Below, one piece after another: positions 20,001 to 27,724 of a stretch of 64,000 bases of DNA. How positions within the stretch are numbered: position 1 is the stretch's first letter; every line of letters begins with the position of its first letter. Where the stretch lies: assembly GCA_964589855.1 (NCBI GenBank), contig CAZPVB010000001.1, positions 25,622-89,621 on the forward strand, given 5' to 3'. The stretch comes from an uncultured Bacteroidales bacterium (lineage in GTDB: Bacteria > Bacteroidota > Bacteroidia > Bacteroidales > UBA7960). The position numbers and the translations under genes are program-made. A model generated the notes under the pieces. The model saw only the letters and a program-made list of their open reading frames with translations, had not been told where the DNA came from and ran no database searches.

Positions 20001-21224
20001 AAAATTTCCTGTTTCAGGATTAAACCGGTTAATTCCACCTCCGTCAGTACCGATCCAGAAATCGTTTGCAGAAAATTCAAGAAAAGAGGTTACTTTGTTG
20101 TTCGATAAAGTATTCTCATTATTATACAAGTGTTGATAATGGTTCAGTTCAATTGTATTGAAATCAAGTTTACTGATTCCTCCCATATACGTCCCGATCC
20201 AGAGATCATTATGATTATCGTCAAATATGCATAAAATGGTATTGCCAGCAATGCTATTTATATAATAATCCTCTTCCTTGTGCACAGTTAGTATACCCGT
20301 TTTTCTTTCATATTTATTTAATCCGCCATTTTCAGTGCCTATCCATAAGTTTCCTTCATGATCGTACTTAAGAGCAAAGATGGTATTTCCCGAGAGTGGG
20401 GTACTGTTCTCTATTTGGTTGATACTGCTTTTTTTAACCTGTTTCGAAATGAGATCAAACTCATATAACCCCATACCCCAGGTTCCCAAAAAAACAACAC
20501 TTCCGGGACCCTCTTCAATACATGTTACCATCTTTTGTTCTGGCGAAGTTATTTCCTCCAATTGATAATGATAAAATCTTTCGAAATTATCGGTAGAGTG
20601 ATTGTATATAGCAAAACCATCACTTGTGGAGATTACCACGTTGCCCTTGTCATCGGCAAACAGATCGGTTATACTGTTTGAATTAATGCTGTTTTTATTG
20701 GTTTCATGGTATTTATACCGATGTACAATACTATCCTTTGTAACCTTGTTCAGTCCATTGAATGTGCCAATCCAAAGATTTCCATATTTGTCTTCAACAA
20801 TACTTCTTACAGCATGGTTGCTCAGATCTAAAATATTGTTGGTTTCATCTGCTCCGTGTAACAATTGAAATGAATCTGTTTTTCTTTGATACTTAAACAA
20901 CCCTCTATCTGTACCTATCAGCAGGTTATTGTCTTTATCCTCAAAAATTTCATACACATTTTCCTGTTTCTGAACAGATGTCTTTTGTTCGGCAAGGATG
21001 ACTTTTTCAATTTCATAGCTATCAAACCGATTCAAACCATTGGTTGTGCCAATCCACATAAATCCAAAGGAATCCTGATATATACAATTCACTGTTAAAT
21101 CAGAAAGACCGTCCTCTACTGAGAAATTATGAAATGACAGTAATTTCTGCGCATTATGCTCTGATACAGCCATCAGAAGAAAAATTGCAAAAATGAAAAA
21201 TTTTAAGTAGTTATGCTTACTCAT
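17061..21224 (-). CDS. Hybrid two-component system regulator (HTCS) of PUL B
   Basis: 1387 aa with the same architecture as the PUL A regulator. Propeller repeats are present (FMWIGTTNGLNRFD, LWIGTFNGLNKV), then a TM segment. The H-box is FFTNISHEIRTPLTLI and the G-box is GTGVGLSLCKSL. The receiver carries VLVVEDNPD...DVIMPEMDG, and the AraC HTH carries FSRCFRDTFGFLP. It is transcribed divergently from susC of PUL B. Confidence 0.92.
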   Translation of the reverse strand: MSKHNYLKFFIFAIFLLMAVSEHNAQKLLSFHNFSVEDGLSDLTVNCIYQDSFGFMWIGTTNGLNRFDSYEIEKVILAEQKTSVQKQENVYEIFEDKDNNLLIGTDRGLFKYQRKTDSFQLLHGADETNNILDLSNHAVRSIVEDKYGNLWIGTFNGLNKVTKDSIVHRYKYHETNKNSINSNSITDLFADDKGNVVISTSDGFAIYNHSTDNFERFYHYQLEEITSPEQKMVTCIEEGPGSVVFLGTWGMGLYEFDLISKQVKKSSINQIENSTPLSGNTIFALKYDHEGNLWIGTENGGLNKYERKTGILTVHKEEDYYINSIAGNTILCIFDDNHNDLWIGTYMGGISKLDFNTIELNHYQHLYNNENTLSNNKVTSFLEFSANDFWIGTDGGGINRFNPETGNFNHLRSDRYNNKTIQTDIIMTLQKIDNDRIWAGTYNEGINIINGKGQLLTSHKMSLKDSLTLSGNNISTIFQDSYGRIWTGVKYDVPCLYMGKGKFLRIKNPGNSNHSLRDIREFLEDNNGNIWMGSNGYLYKLDSIINHQFYFEKFYIIEGAYDEYITTITALEQDENGYIWVGTHRRGLIKFDPHTSESIRFTINDGLPSNDIAGMTIYDDGSLWVSTSNGIIQINTSENKDFVIKTLDKHDGLQGNIFNVGAALTTSDGRLFFGGNNGFNIFYPWKINRNEQIPPVYITNIQVNHQDLESHKDIIQNKSISATDNISLEYKQNTVSLYFTAVNFKNSEKNIYRYILEGFEDSWNYAGVERKANYTNLSPGNYTFHVQAANNDGVWNMEGASINITILPPWYLSNWAVSLYFLLITSVVLLFRRYLLIKERKRNEMELKRIETEKVKELNDMKLHFFTNISHEIRTPLTLILGPLQELLNQWSYNQKQQLLLDLISRNTNRLFHLIDQLMDFRKLENDTLPFHPSSGDVVCFIKLIYDDFKYLAVNKDIKYNFESSHNNYLTCFDTDKLQKILNNLLSNAFKFTPEKGTISLLLHLDENDQMIRIEVCDDGIGIDNKHIDRIFDPFYQAHDQYYKKFKGTGVGLSLCKSLVEIMNGEIRVRSNEKNNSGQRFTTIFTISFPMVHKTEYQEDRIENKLITPKDTSGIPEDHDEKEQFEITSGLPTVLVVEDNPDIKVFIKSHLSSQYNFIFALHGKDGLQKAKEMLPDIIVSDVIMPEMDGIEMCEHIKSAPETSHIPIIMLTARNTEVSIMEGLNSGADSYITKPFNINILNLYLKNTLSARKKLHEQYQANYSLKGFECTNKTDKYFLEKVTEKIKENISEPEFGVDELAKESGMSRTNFYKKIKNLTGLTVNELIKNIKLKIAANLLLNSDYNINEIAYRIGFKDASYFSRCFRDTFGFLPKDFIKKHTPRKNAKV

Positions 21225-21501
21225 ATTAAGTTTGGCTTAATTAACCTTAAATGTAATAAATAATACAATTACAGATTACATATTTTGTAGCCGCTAAACT
21301 GATTATTGTTCATAAATACATGAAAATAATACAAGAGCAAAAAAACCAGTCTGTTTTTACGTCACAAAAATAATTTTTTTCCTGATCAGAATAACCCCTT
21401 TAGCAAATACCCGACAAAACTTAATTCACCCTGATCTTTAAGCATCATAACGGGATTGAAGACCTTTATCCAGGTAATGAATTTCGTACATTTTATATGT
21501 A

Positions 21502-21539
21502 AATTGTACAACAGACGATTGTCACCTTTAATTGTACAA
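21502..21539 (+). promoter_or_regulatory. Direct repeats AATTGTACAA (x2) with an intervening ATTGTCAC, upstream of susC of PUL B
   Basis: AATTGTACAA occurs at 21502-21511 and 21530-21539. ATTGTCAC occurs at 21518-21525, and there is an extra GTACA at 21486-21490. The half-site starts are at 21503, 21518 and 21531. The repeats end 30 nt before a -7-like box. Confidence 0.4.
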
Positions 21540-21568
21540 AACTCCCATCTTTTCTGAGGTTGATCGGT

Positions 21569-21576
21569 TACATTTG
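21569..21576 (+). promoter_or_regulatory. Candidate -7 promoter box TACATTTG for the PUL B operon
   Basis: It is a perfect match to TAnnTTTG. The -33 region reads TTTC rather than TTTG. It lies 195 nt upstream of the susC ATG. Confidence 0.3.
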
Positions 21577-21606
21577 AAATCAATTCACAAACAAGAAACA
21601 TATACA

Positions 21607-21747
21607 ATGATAAAAAAGATCATCAGGTTTGCTTTTGATATGCGCAAATCACCGAGGGAGGTAGAACGAATGACTTACGTGGATTATATATTTCTCATAG
21701 TTATCGTTATTTTAATATTATTACCTGTTTTGATTTTTAAATTTTAA
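21607..21747 (+). CDS. Possible 46-aa small membrane protein encoded in the susC leader (hypothetical)
   Basis: An ATG at 21607 gives MIKKIIRFAFDMRKSPREVERMTYVDYIFLIVIVILILLPVLIFKF. The product has a basic N-terminus and one clear C-terminal TM helix. It ends 23 nt before the susC ATG. I have no homology evidence. Confidence 0.25.
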   Translation: MIKKIIRFAFDMRKSPREVERMTYVDYIFLIVIVILILLPVLIFKF

Positions 21748-21770
21748 AAATACACCAACTCTAAATTAAA

Positions 21771-24700
21771 ATGAAGATCATTTTACACAATTTTTGTCTG
21801 TTTGCACTTCTTTTAGCAGTGCAAACAATTAAAGCGCAGGAATCAGACACCAACAGTAAAGTACTAATTGGAATTGTAACGGATGATTATACCGGAGATC
21901 CTTTACCAGGAACAAATATATATGTGAAGGGAACTACCCATGGTACTGTAACAGACATGGATGGCAATTACTCGTTGGATTTAAGCAATTACACTGATCC
22001 GGTTATCATATTTTCATACACTGGGTATATAACCGAAGAAGTTCAGCCCGGCAATCAGCAAGTCCTGAACATCTCACTATCCATGAATATCACTTCCCTT
22101 GGTGAGGTACAGGTAGTTGGTTATGGTGTTCAGCGCAAGAGATCGGTTACCGGTTCAATATCTTCTGTTGATGCCGAAACATTGAGCAGAAGTTCTTCCA
22201 CAGGTTTGGATCAGGCCTTGCAGGGTAAATCAGCAGGAGTTTTTGTTTCTCAAAACTCTAATGCTCCCGGTGGCGGTGTTTCCATCAGAATTCGTGGCAT
22301 CCATTCAACTACCGGAGGCAATGAACCGCTTTATGTTGTAGATGGAGTGCCGGTAAATAGTTCCAGTGATTTTGTCAGCGTTGTTAGCGGCGGGCAGGGC
22401 GGTAGTCCTTTGAATGTGATAAACCCTGAAGACATAGAATCTATAGAAATCCTTAAAGACGCTTCCGCAGCTGCCATCTATGGCACCCGCGCTGCTGCCG
22501 GGGTAGTTTTGATCACAACAAAAAAAGGGAAAAAAGGCGAACCTCAGGTTCTTTTTAATTCTTATTACGGTGTGCAGAATGTTACTAAAAGAATTGACCT
22601 GACCAATGCAGAAAATTTTGCCATACTCGACAATGAAATGCGTGCCAATGCAAAAAAACCTCTCAATACTCAATTATTAAACCCAGTACAATTAGGAGAA
22701 GGCACAAATTGGCAAAACCAGATATATACCGAAGGGGTAGTACAAAATTATAACCTTTCGGTTAGTGGTGGAAATGAAAGATCAACTTACATGCTTTCAG
22801 GAAATTACCATCAGAATAACGGAGTGGTTAGTAATTCAGGATTTCAACGATATACCTTCAGAATCAATACAAGCAATGAGTTGAAAGACTGGTTGAAAAT
22901 AGGAAATAATTTTACGTATACAAATACCGGTGAAGATTTTGTTATTACCGACAGCGATACCTGGGGAGCGATAAGTAATGCCTTGCGGCAGATGCCAACA
23001 GTACCCGTTTTTCTGGACAATGGCAAATATGGAGGTATGGCCGATGTGTTTGATTATACGGTACGCAACCCCGTTGCCATTGTAGATGAATGGAAACAGG
23101 ATATTGTAAAAGACTATGTTCTGGGTGATTTAAACCTGGAGATTAATCCAGTTGAGAATCTCACCTATCGCTCGGTTCTGGGCCTGGAATACAGGGCGGG
23201 TTCACAGTCATTTTTTCAACCTGCAAATATTGGCGGTGGTCTGGTAGATGAAATAAATATAAAAAAGGAATACCGAAATACCAGTCAGAAACTTTTGTAC
23301 GACAACATTCTAACCTATGCAAATCAGTTCGGAGATATTCATAATTATTCTGTAATGATCGGTACCAGTTTTCAGCAATGGGAAGGAAACGCCGTTAATG
23401 CCCAGGGGCAGGAATTTCCCAATAATGATCCGGATTGGGACCTGAGTATGTCCACAAACGGTACTCGCAACGCCGGGGGTTCAACCTGGAGGGGAGCATA
23501 TGTATCACAATTCGGAAGGATCACTTATGATTATGACAATAAGTATTTGCTCACTGCCAACATTAGACGAGACGGTTCCACCAAATTTGGTTCGGAAAAC
23601 CGTTATGGCATATTTCCTTCCTTTTCTGTAGGATGGATCTTTACCGATGAGGCATTTATGGCCCGGGTACGTGAAATTCTCACGGTGGGGAAATTAAGAT
23701 TTGGATACGGAGTTGTGGGAAGCGATGCCATTGGTAATTTCCGGTATCTTTCATTGCTTAAAGGTTTCGAATATACATTAAACGGACAAACCGCAAGAGG
23801 ATTTGCCCCCCAGAGTTTAGAGAATCCTGCCATCAGATGGGAATCTTCTGAGCAATTCAGTTTAGGAGCCGATCTGAGCTTTTTGTTTGATAAGATAACC
23901 CTCATTCTGGATTATTACGAAAAAAACACAACCGGCATGCTTATCCCTATGCCAGTACCAGCCACATCAGGAATCTATCCTAAGGTGCCTTCCAATCAAA
24001 ATCAACTTGCACAGGCATTTCCTATTGTAAATGTAGGGGGAGTTAAAAACACTGGTTTTGAAATGGAACTCACATACAGAAAATCCGAAGGTGTTTTTCA
24101 TTACGAGGTGGGTGCCAACTTTGCCTATATGGAAAATCTTGTTACCGATCTGGGTTATGAAGGCAATTCCTTTAACTCTTATCCTTTTGGAGGATCAACC
24201 GTTATCCGCACAGAGTTAGGGCAACCAATCGGATCGTTTTACGGATATGTGGCAGATGGTATCTTTACGGACTACGATGATATTGCCCAACATGCCAACC
24301 AGGGAAATCAGGATCCCTACGTTCATGATCGCAATATGGAACCTTCCCCTCACCGCTACACAGCCCCGGGAGATATAAGATTTAAGGATATGAACCGGGA
24401 TGGTGTTATTGACGAGAAAGACAGAACTTTTATTGGAAGTCCTTTTCCCGATTTCACCTATGGTCTCAGCCTTGGAGCCAAATATAAAAACTTTGAAATT
24501 TCTGCATTTATACAAGGTGTTGCCGGTGCAGAGATCATGAACCTAAACCGCTACTTTACTGAAGGCATGGTGGGTGGCGGCAACTTTGCAGAGGATGCCA
24601 TGAACCGGTGGACGGATGAAAACCCTGATCAGGATTTCCCCAGGGCTATCCTGACCGATCCAAACAGCAACACCCGAATCTCTTCCCGATGGATTGAATC

Positions 24701-24947
24701 AGGCGACTATATCCGGTTAAGTAACTTACAACTTGGTTATCAACTTCCCACAAGAATAAGTCAGAGGATACAGGTACAGCAAATGAGAATATATGTTACA
24801 GGAAAAAATCTGTACACCCATACCAGTTACTCCGGTTACGATCCGGATGTGGGTTCCTTAGGGGGCAACGTCCTTCAATCAGGTATCGATTTAGGCAGGT
24901 ATCCTTTATCCAGAACATTTTTAATAGGTATTAATCTCGGACTTTAA
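21771..24947 (+). CDS. susC: SusC-type TonB-dependent outer-membrane transporter (PUL B)
   Basis: 1058 aa with a signal peptide. It has a carboxypeptidase-regulatory-like domain (LIGIVTDDYTGDPLPGTNIYVKGTTHGTVTDMDGNYSL) and a plug region (VQVVGYGVQRKRSVTGSI). The SusC signature is IEILKDASAAAIYGTRAAAGVVLITTKKGK. Confidence 0.95.
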   Translation: MKIILHNFCLFALLLAVQTIKAQESDTNSKVLIGIVTDDYTGDPLPGTNIYVKGTTHGTVTDMDGNYSLDLSNYTDPVIIFSYTGYITEEVQPGNQQVLNISLSMNITSLGEVQVVGYGVQRKRSVTGSISSVDAETLSRSSSTGLDQALQGKSAGVFVSQNSNAPGGGVSIRIRGIHSTTGGNEPLYVVDGVPVNSSSDFVSVVSGGQGGSPLNVINPEDIESIEILKDASAAAIYGTRAAAGVVLITTKKGKKGEPQVLFNSYYGVQNVTKRIDLTNAENFAILDNEMRANAKKPLNTQLLNPVQLGEGTNWQNQIYTEGVVQNYNLSVSGGNERSTYMLSGNYHQNNGVVSNSGFQRYTFRINTSNELKDWLKIGNNFTYTNTGEDFVITDSDTWGAISNALRQMPTVPVFLDNGKYGGMADVFDYTVRNPVAIVDEWKQDIVKDYVLGDLNLEINPVENLTYRSVLGLEYRAGSQSFFQPANIGGGLVDEINIKKEYRNTSQKLLYDNILTYANQFGDIHNYSVMIGTSFQQWEGNAVNAQGQEFPNNDPDWDLSMSTNGTRNAGGSTWRGAYVSQFGRITYDYDNKYLLTANIRRDGSTKFGSENRYGIFPSFSVGWIFTDEAFMARVREILTVGKLRFGYGVVGSDAIGNFRYLSLLKGFEYTLNGQTARGFAPQSLENPAIRWESSEQFSLGADLSFLFDKITLILDYYEKNTTGMLIPMPVPATSGIYPKVPSNQNQLAQAFPIVNVGGVKNTGFEMELTYRKSEGVFHYEVGANFAYMENLVTDLGYEGNSFNSYPFGGSTVIRTELGQPIGSFYGYVADGIFTDYDDIAQHANQGNQDPYVHDRNMEPSPHRYTAPGDIRFKDMNRDGVIDEKDRTFIGSPFPDFTYGLSLGAKYKNFEISAFIQGVAGAEIMNLNRYFTEGMVGGGNFAEDAMNRWTDENPDQDFPRAILTDPNSNTRISSRWIESGDYIRLSNLQLGYQLPTRISQRIQVQQMRIYVTGKNLYTHTSYSGYDPDVGSLGGNVLQSGIDLGRYPLSRTFLIGINLGL

Positions 24948-24958
24948 AAAATACACCA

Positions 24959-26449
24959 ATGAAATATAGAATCTTATTTTTATTCATCATGTTATTTAAC
25001 GTTGGATGCGAGAAATATCTTGAAATAAAACCAACGGACAGAATCAACACACAAAGTTTTTACCAGACAGAAGAGGATGCCATTTTGGCCATCAATGCCG
25101 CTTATGCTCCTTTGCAATACGAAGGATCTTTTAAAAGAGACCTGTGGATTATTGGTGATATTATGTCGGATGATGCCATTGTGGGTGGTGCGGGAGCAAG
25201 TGAAGGTATTTCATCTCTTCGTCTTGAGGATTTCAATATTCAACCCGACAATGAACATGTGATGGCTTTATGGGCGGCACACTATTCAGGTATTTATTAT
25301 TCAAATGTTGCGCTTCAGAAAATACCCGATATGGATATTGATGAAGACCTGAAGCAGAGAATACTGGGTGAGGCTTATTTTTTAAGGGCTACATACTATT
25401 TTTACCTTGCTTTCTATTTCGGAGATGTACCCCTTTATTCTACTGTTCCTGATCCCAATAATCTTGAAGTACCCCGCAGCCCGGTTGAGGATGTTTGGGA
25501 GCAGATTATCTCTGATTATGAAAAAGCAGGTGAATTGCTGCCTGTTCAACATAGTGGTGATGATGAAGGACGTGCCTTAAAGGGGGGCGCATACGGGATG
25601 TTGGCAAAAACGCATTTAGTTCTTGAAAACTGGCAGGATTGTATTGATGCCTGTCAGAAAGTACAGGAAATATCCAGTCATTTTCTTCTACCCAACTATG
25701 CCGATCTGTGGAACTATTTAATCTCTAATAACAATCCAGAAGTACTTTTTGATGTTCAACACCACTATTATGAAGGAGGTTGGAACGGAACAGGCAATTA
25801 TATTTCAGAATTTACTGCTCCCCGTTACAGGTTTATTGGCGATAGCCGGGGATGGGGATTTGGGGTTCCCACAAACAATCATGTAACCGAAACCTACGAA
25901 GCGGGAGATACCCGTAAGCAGGTAAATATCATTTCTCCGGGAGACTCCATCTGGAATCAAAATGCAGGAGAATGGTACGTACATAAAGCAGAATATTCGC
26001 CTTTTACAGGATATAATGTAAAGAAATATCTTTTCCTGGAGTATAACGGAACCAATGCAAGCATGATGTTCTTTCCCCTGAACTACCATGTGCTGCGACT
26101 TGCTGATGTGATTTTAATGCATGCCGAAGCCCTTAATGAAATACAAGGTGGAAGTGCCGTGGCGCATGAACTGGTTAATCAGGTTAGAAGAAGGGCATTT
26201 CAGGATGAATCACACGACCTTGACGGTTTGAATCAGGATCAGTTGCGCGAAGCCATTTATAAAGAGAGAAGAGCTGAATTATTTTTTGAAGGTTGGCGAT
26301 GGATTGATTTGTTAAGGACCGGAAGAGCCGCTCAGGCGTTGGAAAACATTGGCAATACCAACTTCAATCCCAATAAACACAATCTTTTGCCCATACCACA
26401 AAGTGAAATGGATATCAATCCTGCATTAAAACAAAATCCGGGCTATTAA
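24959..26449 (+). CDS. susD: SusD/RagB-family lipoprotein (PUL B)
   Basis: 496 aa with a lipoprotein signal (MLFNVGC). SusD-type segments are present: AYFLRATYYFYLAFYFGDVPL, ADVILMHAEALNE, ERRAELFFEGWRWIDLLR. Confidence 0.95.
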   Translation: MKYRILFLFIMLFNVGCEKYLEIKPTDRINTQSFYQTEEDAILAINAAYAPLQYEGSFKRDLWIIGDIMSDDAIVGGAGASEGISSLRLEDFNIQPDNEHVMALWAAHYSGIYYSNVALQKIPDMDIDEDLKQRILGEAYFLRATYYFYLAFYFGDVPLYSTVPDPNNLEVPRSPVEDVWEQIISDYEKAGELLPVQHSGDDEGRALKGGAYGMLAKTHLVLENWQDCIDACQKVQEISSHFLLPNYADLWNYLISNNNPEVLFDVQHHYYEGGWNGTGNYISEFTAPRYRFIGDSRGWGFGVPTNNHVTETYEAGDTRKQVNIISPGDSIWNQNAGEWYVHKAEYSPFTGYNVKKYLFLEYNGTNASMMFFPLNYHVLRLADVILMHAEALNEIQGGSAVAHELVNQVRRRAFQDESHDLDGLNQDQLREAIYKERRAELFFEGWRWIDLLRTGRAAQALENIGNTNFNPNKHNLLPIPQSEMDINPALKQNPGY

Positions 26450-26465
26450 TACTAACTGAAACAAT

Positions 26466-27689
26466 ATGAAAATCAAAAGTTTTAACATTCTCAATATTCT
26501 ACTTTTAAGCATCTTCCTTCTGCTTTTTTTTACCGGATGTGAAGAAGAACAACCTGAAACCCCGGAGGTTCCGTGTATGGAAGTACCACCTGAAACAGTA
26601 TCGGTAAATATGCCAGTAGTATTCAGAGCTTGCAGTCAGGCAGATGTATTTACACTTTGGCCCGGCGATGAAGGACATAAATACGAAAACTATGGTATCG
26701 ATCAGGGCATCCAGTTTACCGCCGACTCCCTTATTTACACTTACACAAAACCCGGAAATTACCAGATAACCGCTTTAGCAGTAAATCAATTGAACGGAGA
26801 GAGTGTATTCTCTGTCAATAATTACAACATTTCTGTGACCGAATCTACAGCAGAGTTTAACAGCCTTACCTACGACGAAGTTTCCCCCCCTGTGAGCGCC
26901 GATCTTGAGGAAGACACACTGCGCATGACACTCCCCTACACAACAGATATTACCAACCTTGCACTGAATTTTGATGCAGGATTTGCAACCGTTTACGTTG
27001 GCGACAGTATTCAGGTGAGTGGTGTAACAACAAATGATTTTTCCACCCCGGTTACTTATACCATTGTTTCATGGGACAATTCAGAAACAAACACATACGT
27101 AGTTGATATAGACAAACAAGCACCTGATACGGAAAAGGAATTGTTTAGTTTTGGTTTTAAGGATGTTGACGATACTACCATTATCGATCATGATTCCTTA
27201 CTGATAAAATCGGTTGTCCCTTTTAATACTTCCACCAACAGACTTGTTGCTCAATTTACAGTATCAGAAACTGCTATAGTGAAGGTAAACGGAGCAACAC
27301 AGCAAAGCGGAACCACCGTTAATAATTTTCTGGCACCTGTAATATACCGGATTATAGCCCAGGATGGATCATATGTGGAGTATACGGTTATAGTCGAAGA
27401 AGATTTAAACCCTAATAACAATTTTCTGTATTTCGCTTTCAGCGAACCTTCTGCTGTTGGAGAAATTGACAATCAGCAACGCACCATAAAAATTGAAGTG
27501 CCCGAAGGTACCGATGTTTCATCCCAAACACCAATTTTCAGTTCATCAAAAAACTCGACCGTTCTAATAGGTGGAACAGAACAGGTAAGCGGTGTTTCAG
27601 TAGTAGACTTCAGCAATCCTGTTTATTACATCGTAAAAGCGGAAAATGGAGACCTGGCATTATATGAAGTTACTGTACATTATAACTAA
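26466..27689 (+). CDS. Surface lipoprotein with a PKD-like domain and three tandem ~88-aa beta-sandwich repeats (candidate glycan-binding protein)
   Basis: 407 aa with a lipoprotein signal (LFFTGC EEE). The three repeats span aa 129-217, 225-311 and 319-406. Each ends in the pattern ...V(S/N)G..Q.SG.(T/S)..DF(S/L).PV.Y.(I/V)....G....Y.V.(I/V). Confidence 0.65.
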   Translation: MKIKSFNILNILLLSIFLLLFFTGCEEEQPETPEVPCMEVPPETVSVNMPVVFRACSQADVFTLWPGDEGHKYENYGIDQGIQFTADSLIYTYTKPGNYQITALAVNQLNGESVFSVNNYNISVTESTAEFNSLTYDEVSPPVSADLEEDTLRMTLPYTTDITNLALNFDAGFATVYVGDSIQVSGVTTNDFSTPVTYTIVSWDNSETNTYVVDIDKQAPDTEKELFSFGFKDVDDTTIIDHDSLLIKSVVPFNTSTNRLVAQFTVSETAIVKVNGATQQSGTTVNNFLAPVIYRIIAQDGSYVEYTVIVEEDLNPNNNFLYFAFSEPSAVGEIDNQQRTIKIEVPEGTDVSSQTPIFSSSKNSTVLIGGTEQVSGVSVVDFSNPVYYIVKAENGDLALYEVTVHYN

Positions 27690-27724
27690 TTATCCTTTTT
27701 TTTATTAACTAAACCCTAAAGAAT

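Noticed and set aside
24943-24959. TTTAAAAA(A)TACACCAA shared by the susC-susD junction and the region just upstream of susC (21743-21758)
   Set aside because: It is partly explained by a C-terminal TTT/CTT codon plus a TAA stop, followed by the A-rich translation initiation context typical of Bacteroidota. I kept it only as a side note under the small-ORF finding.
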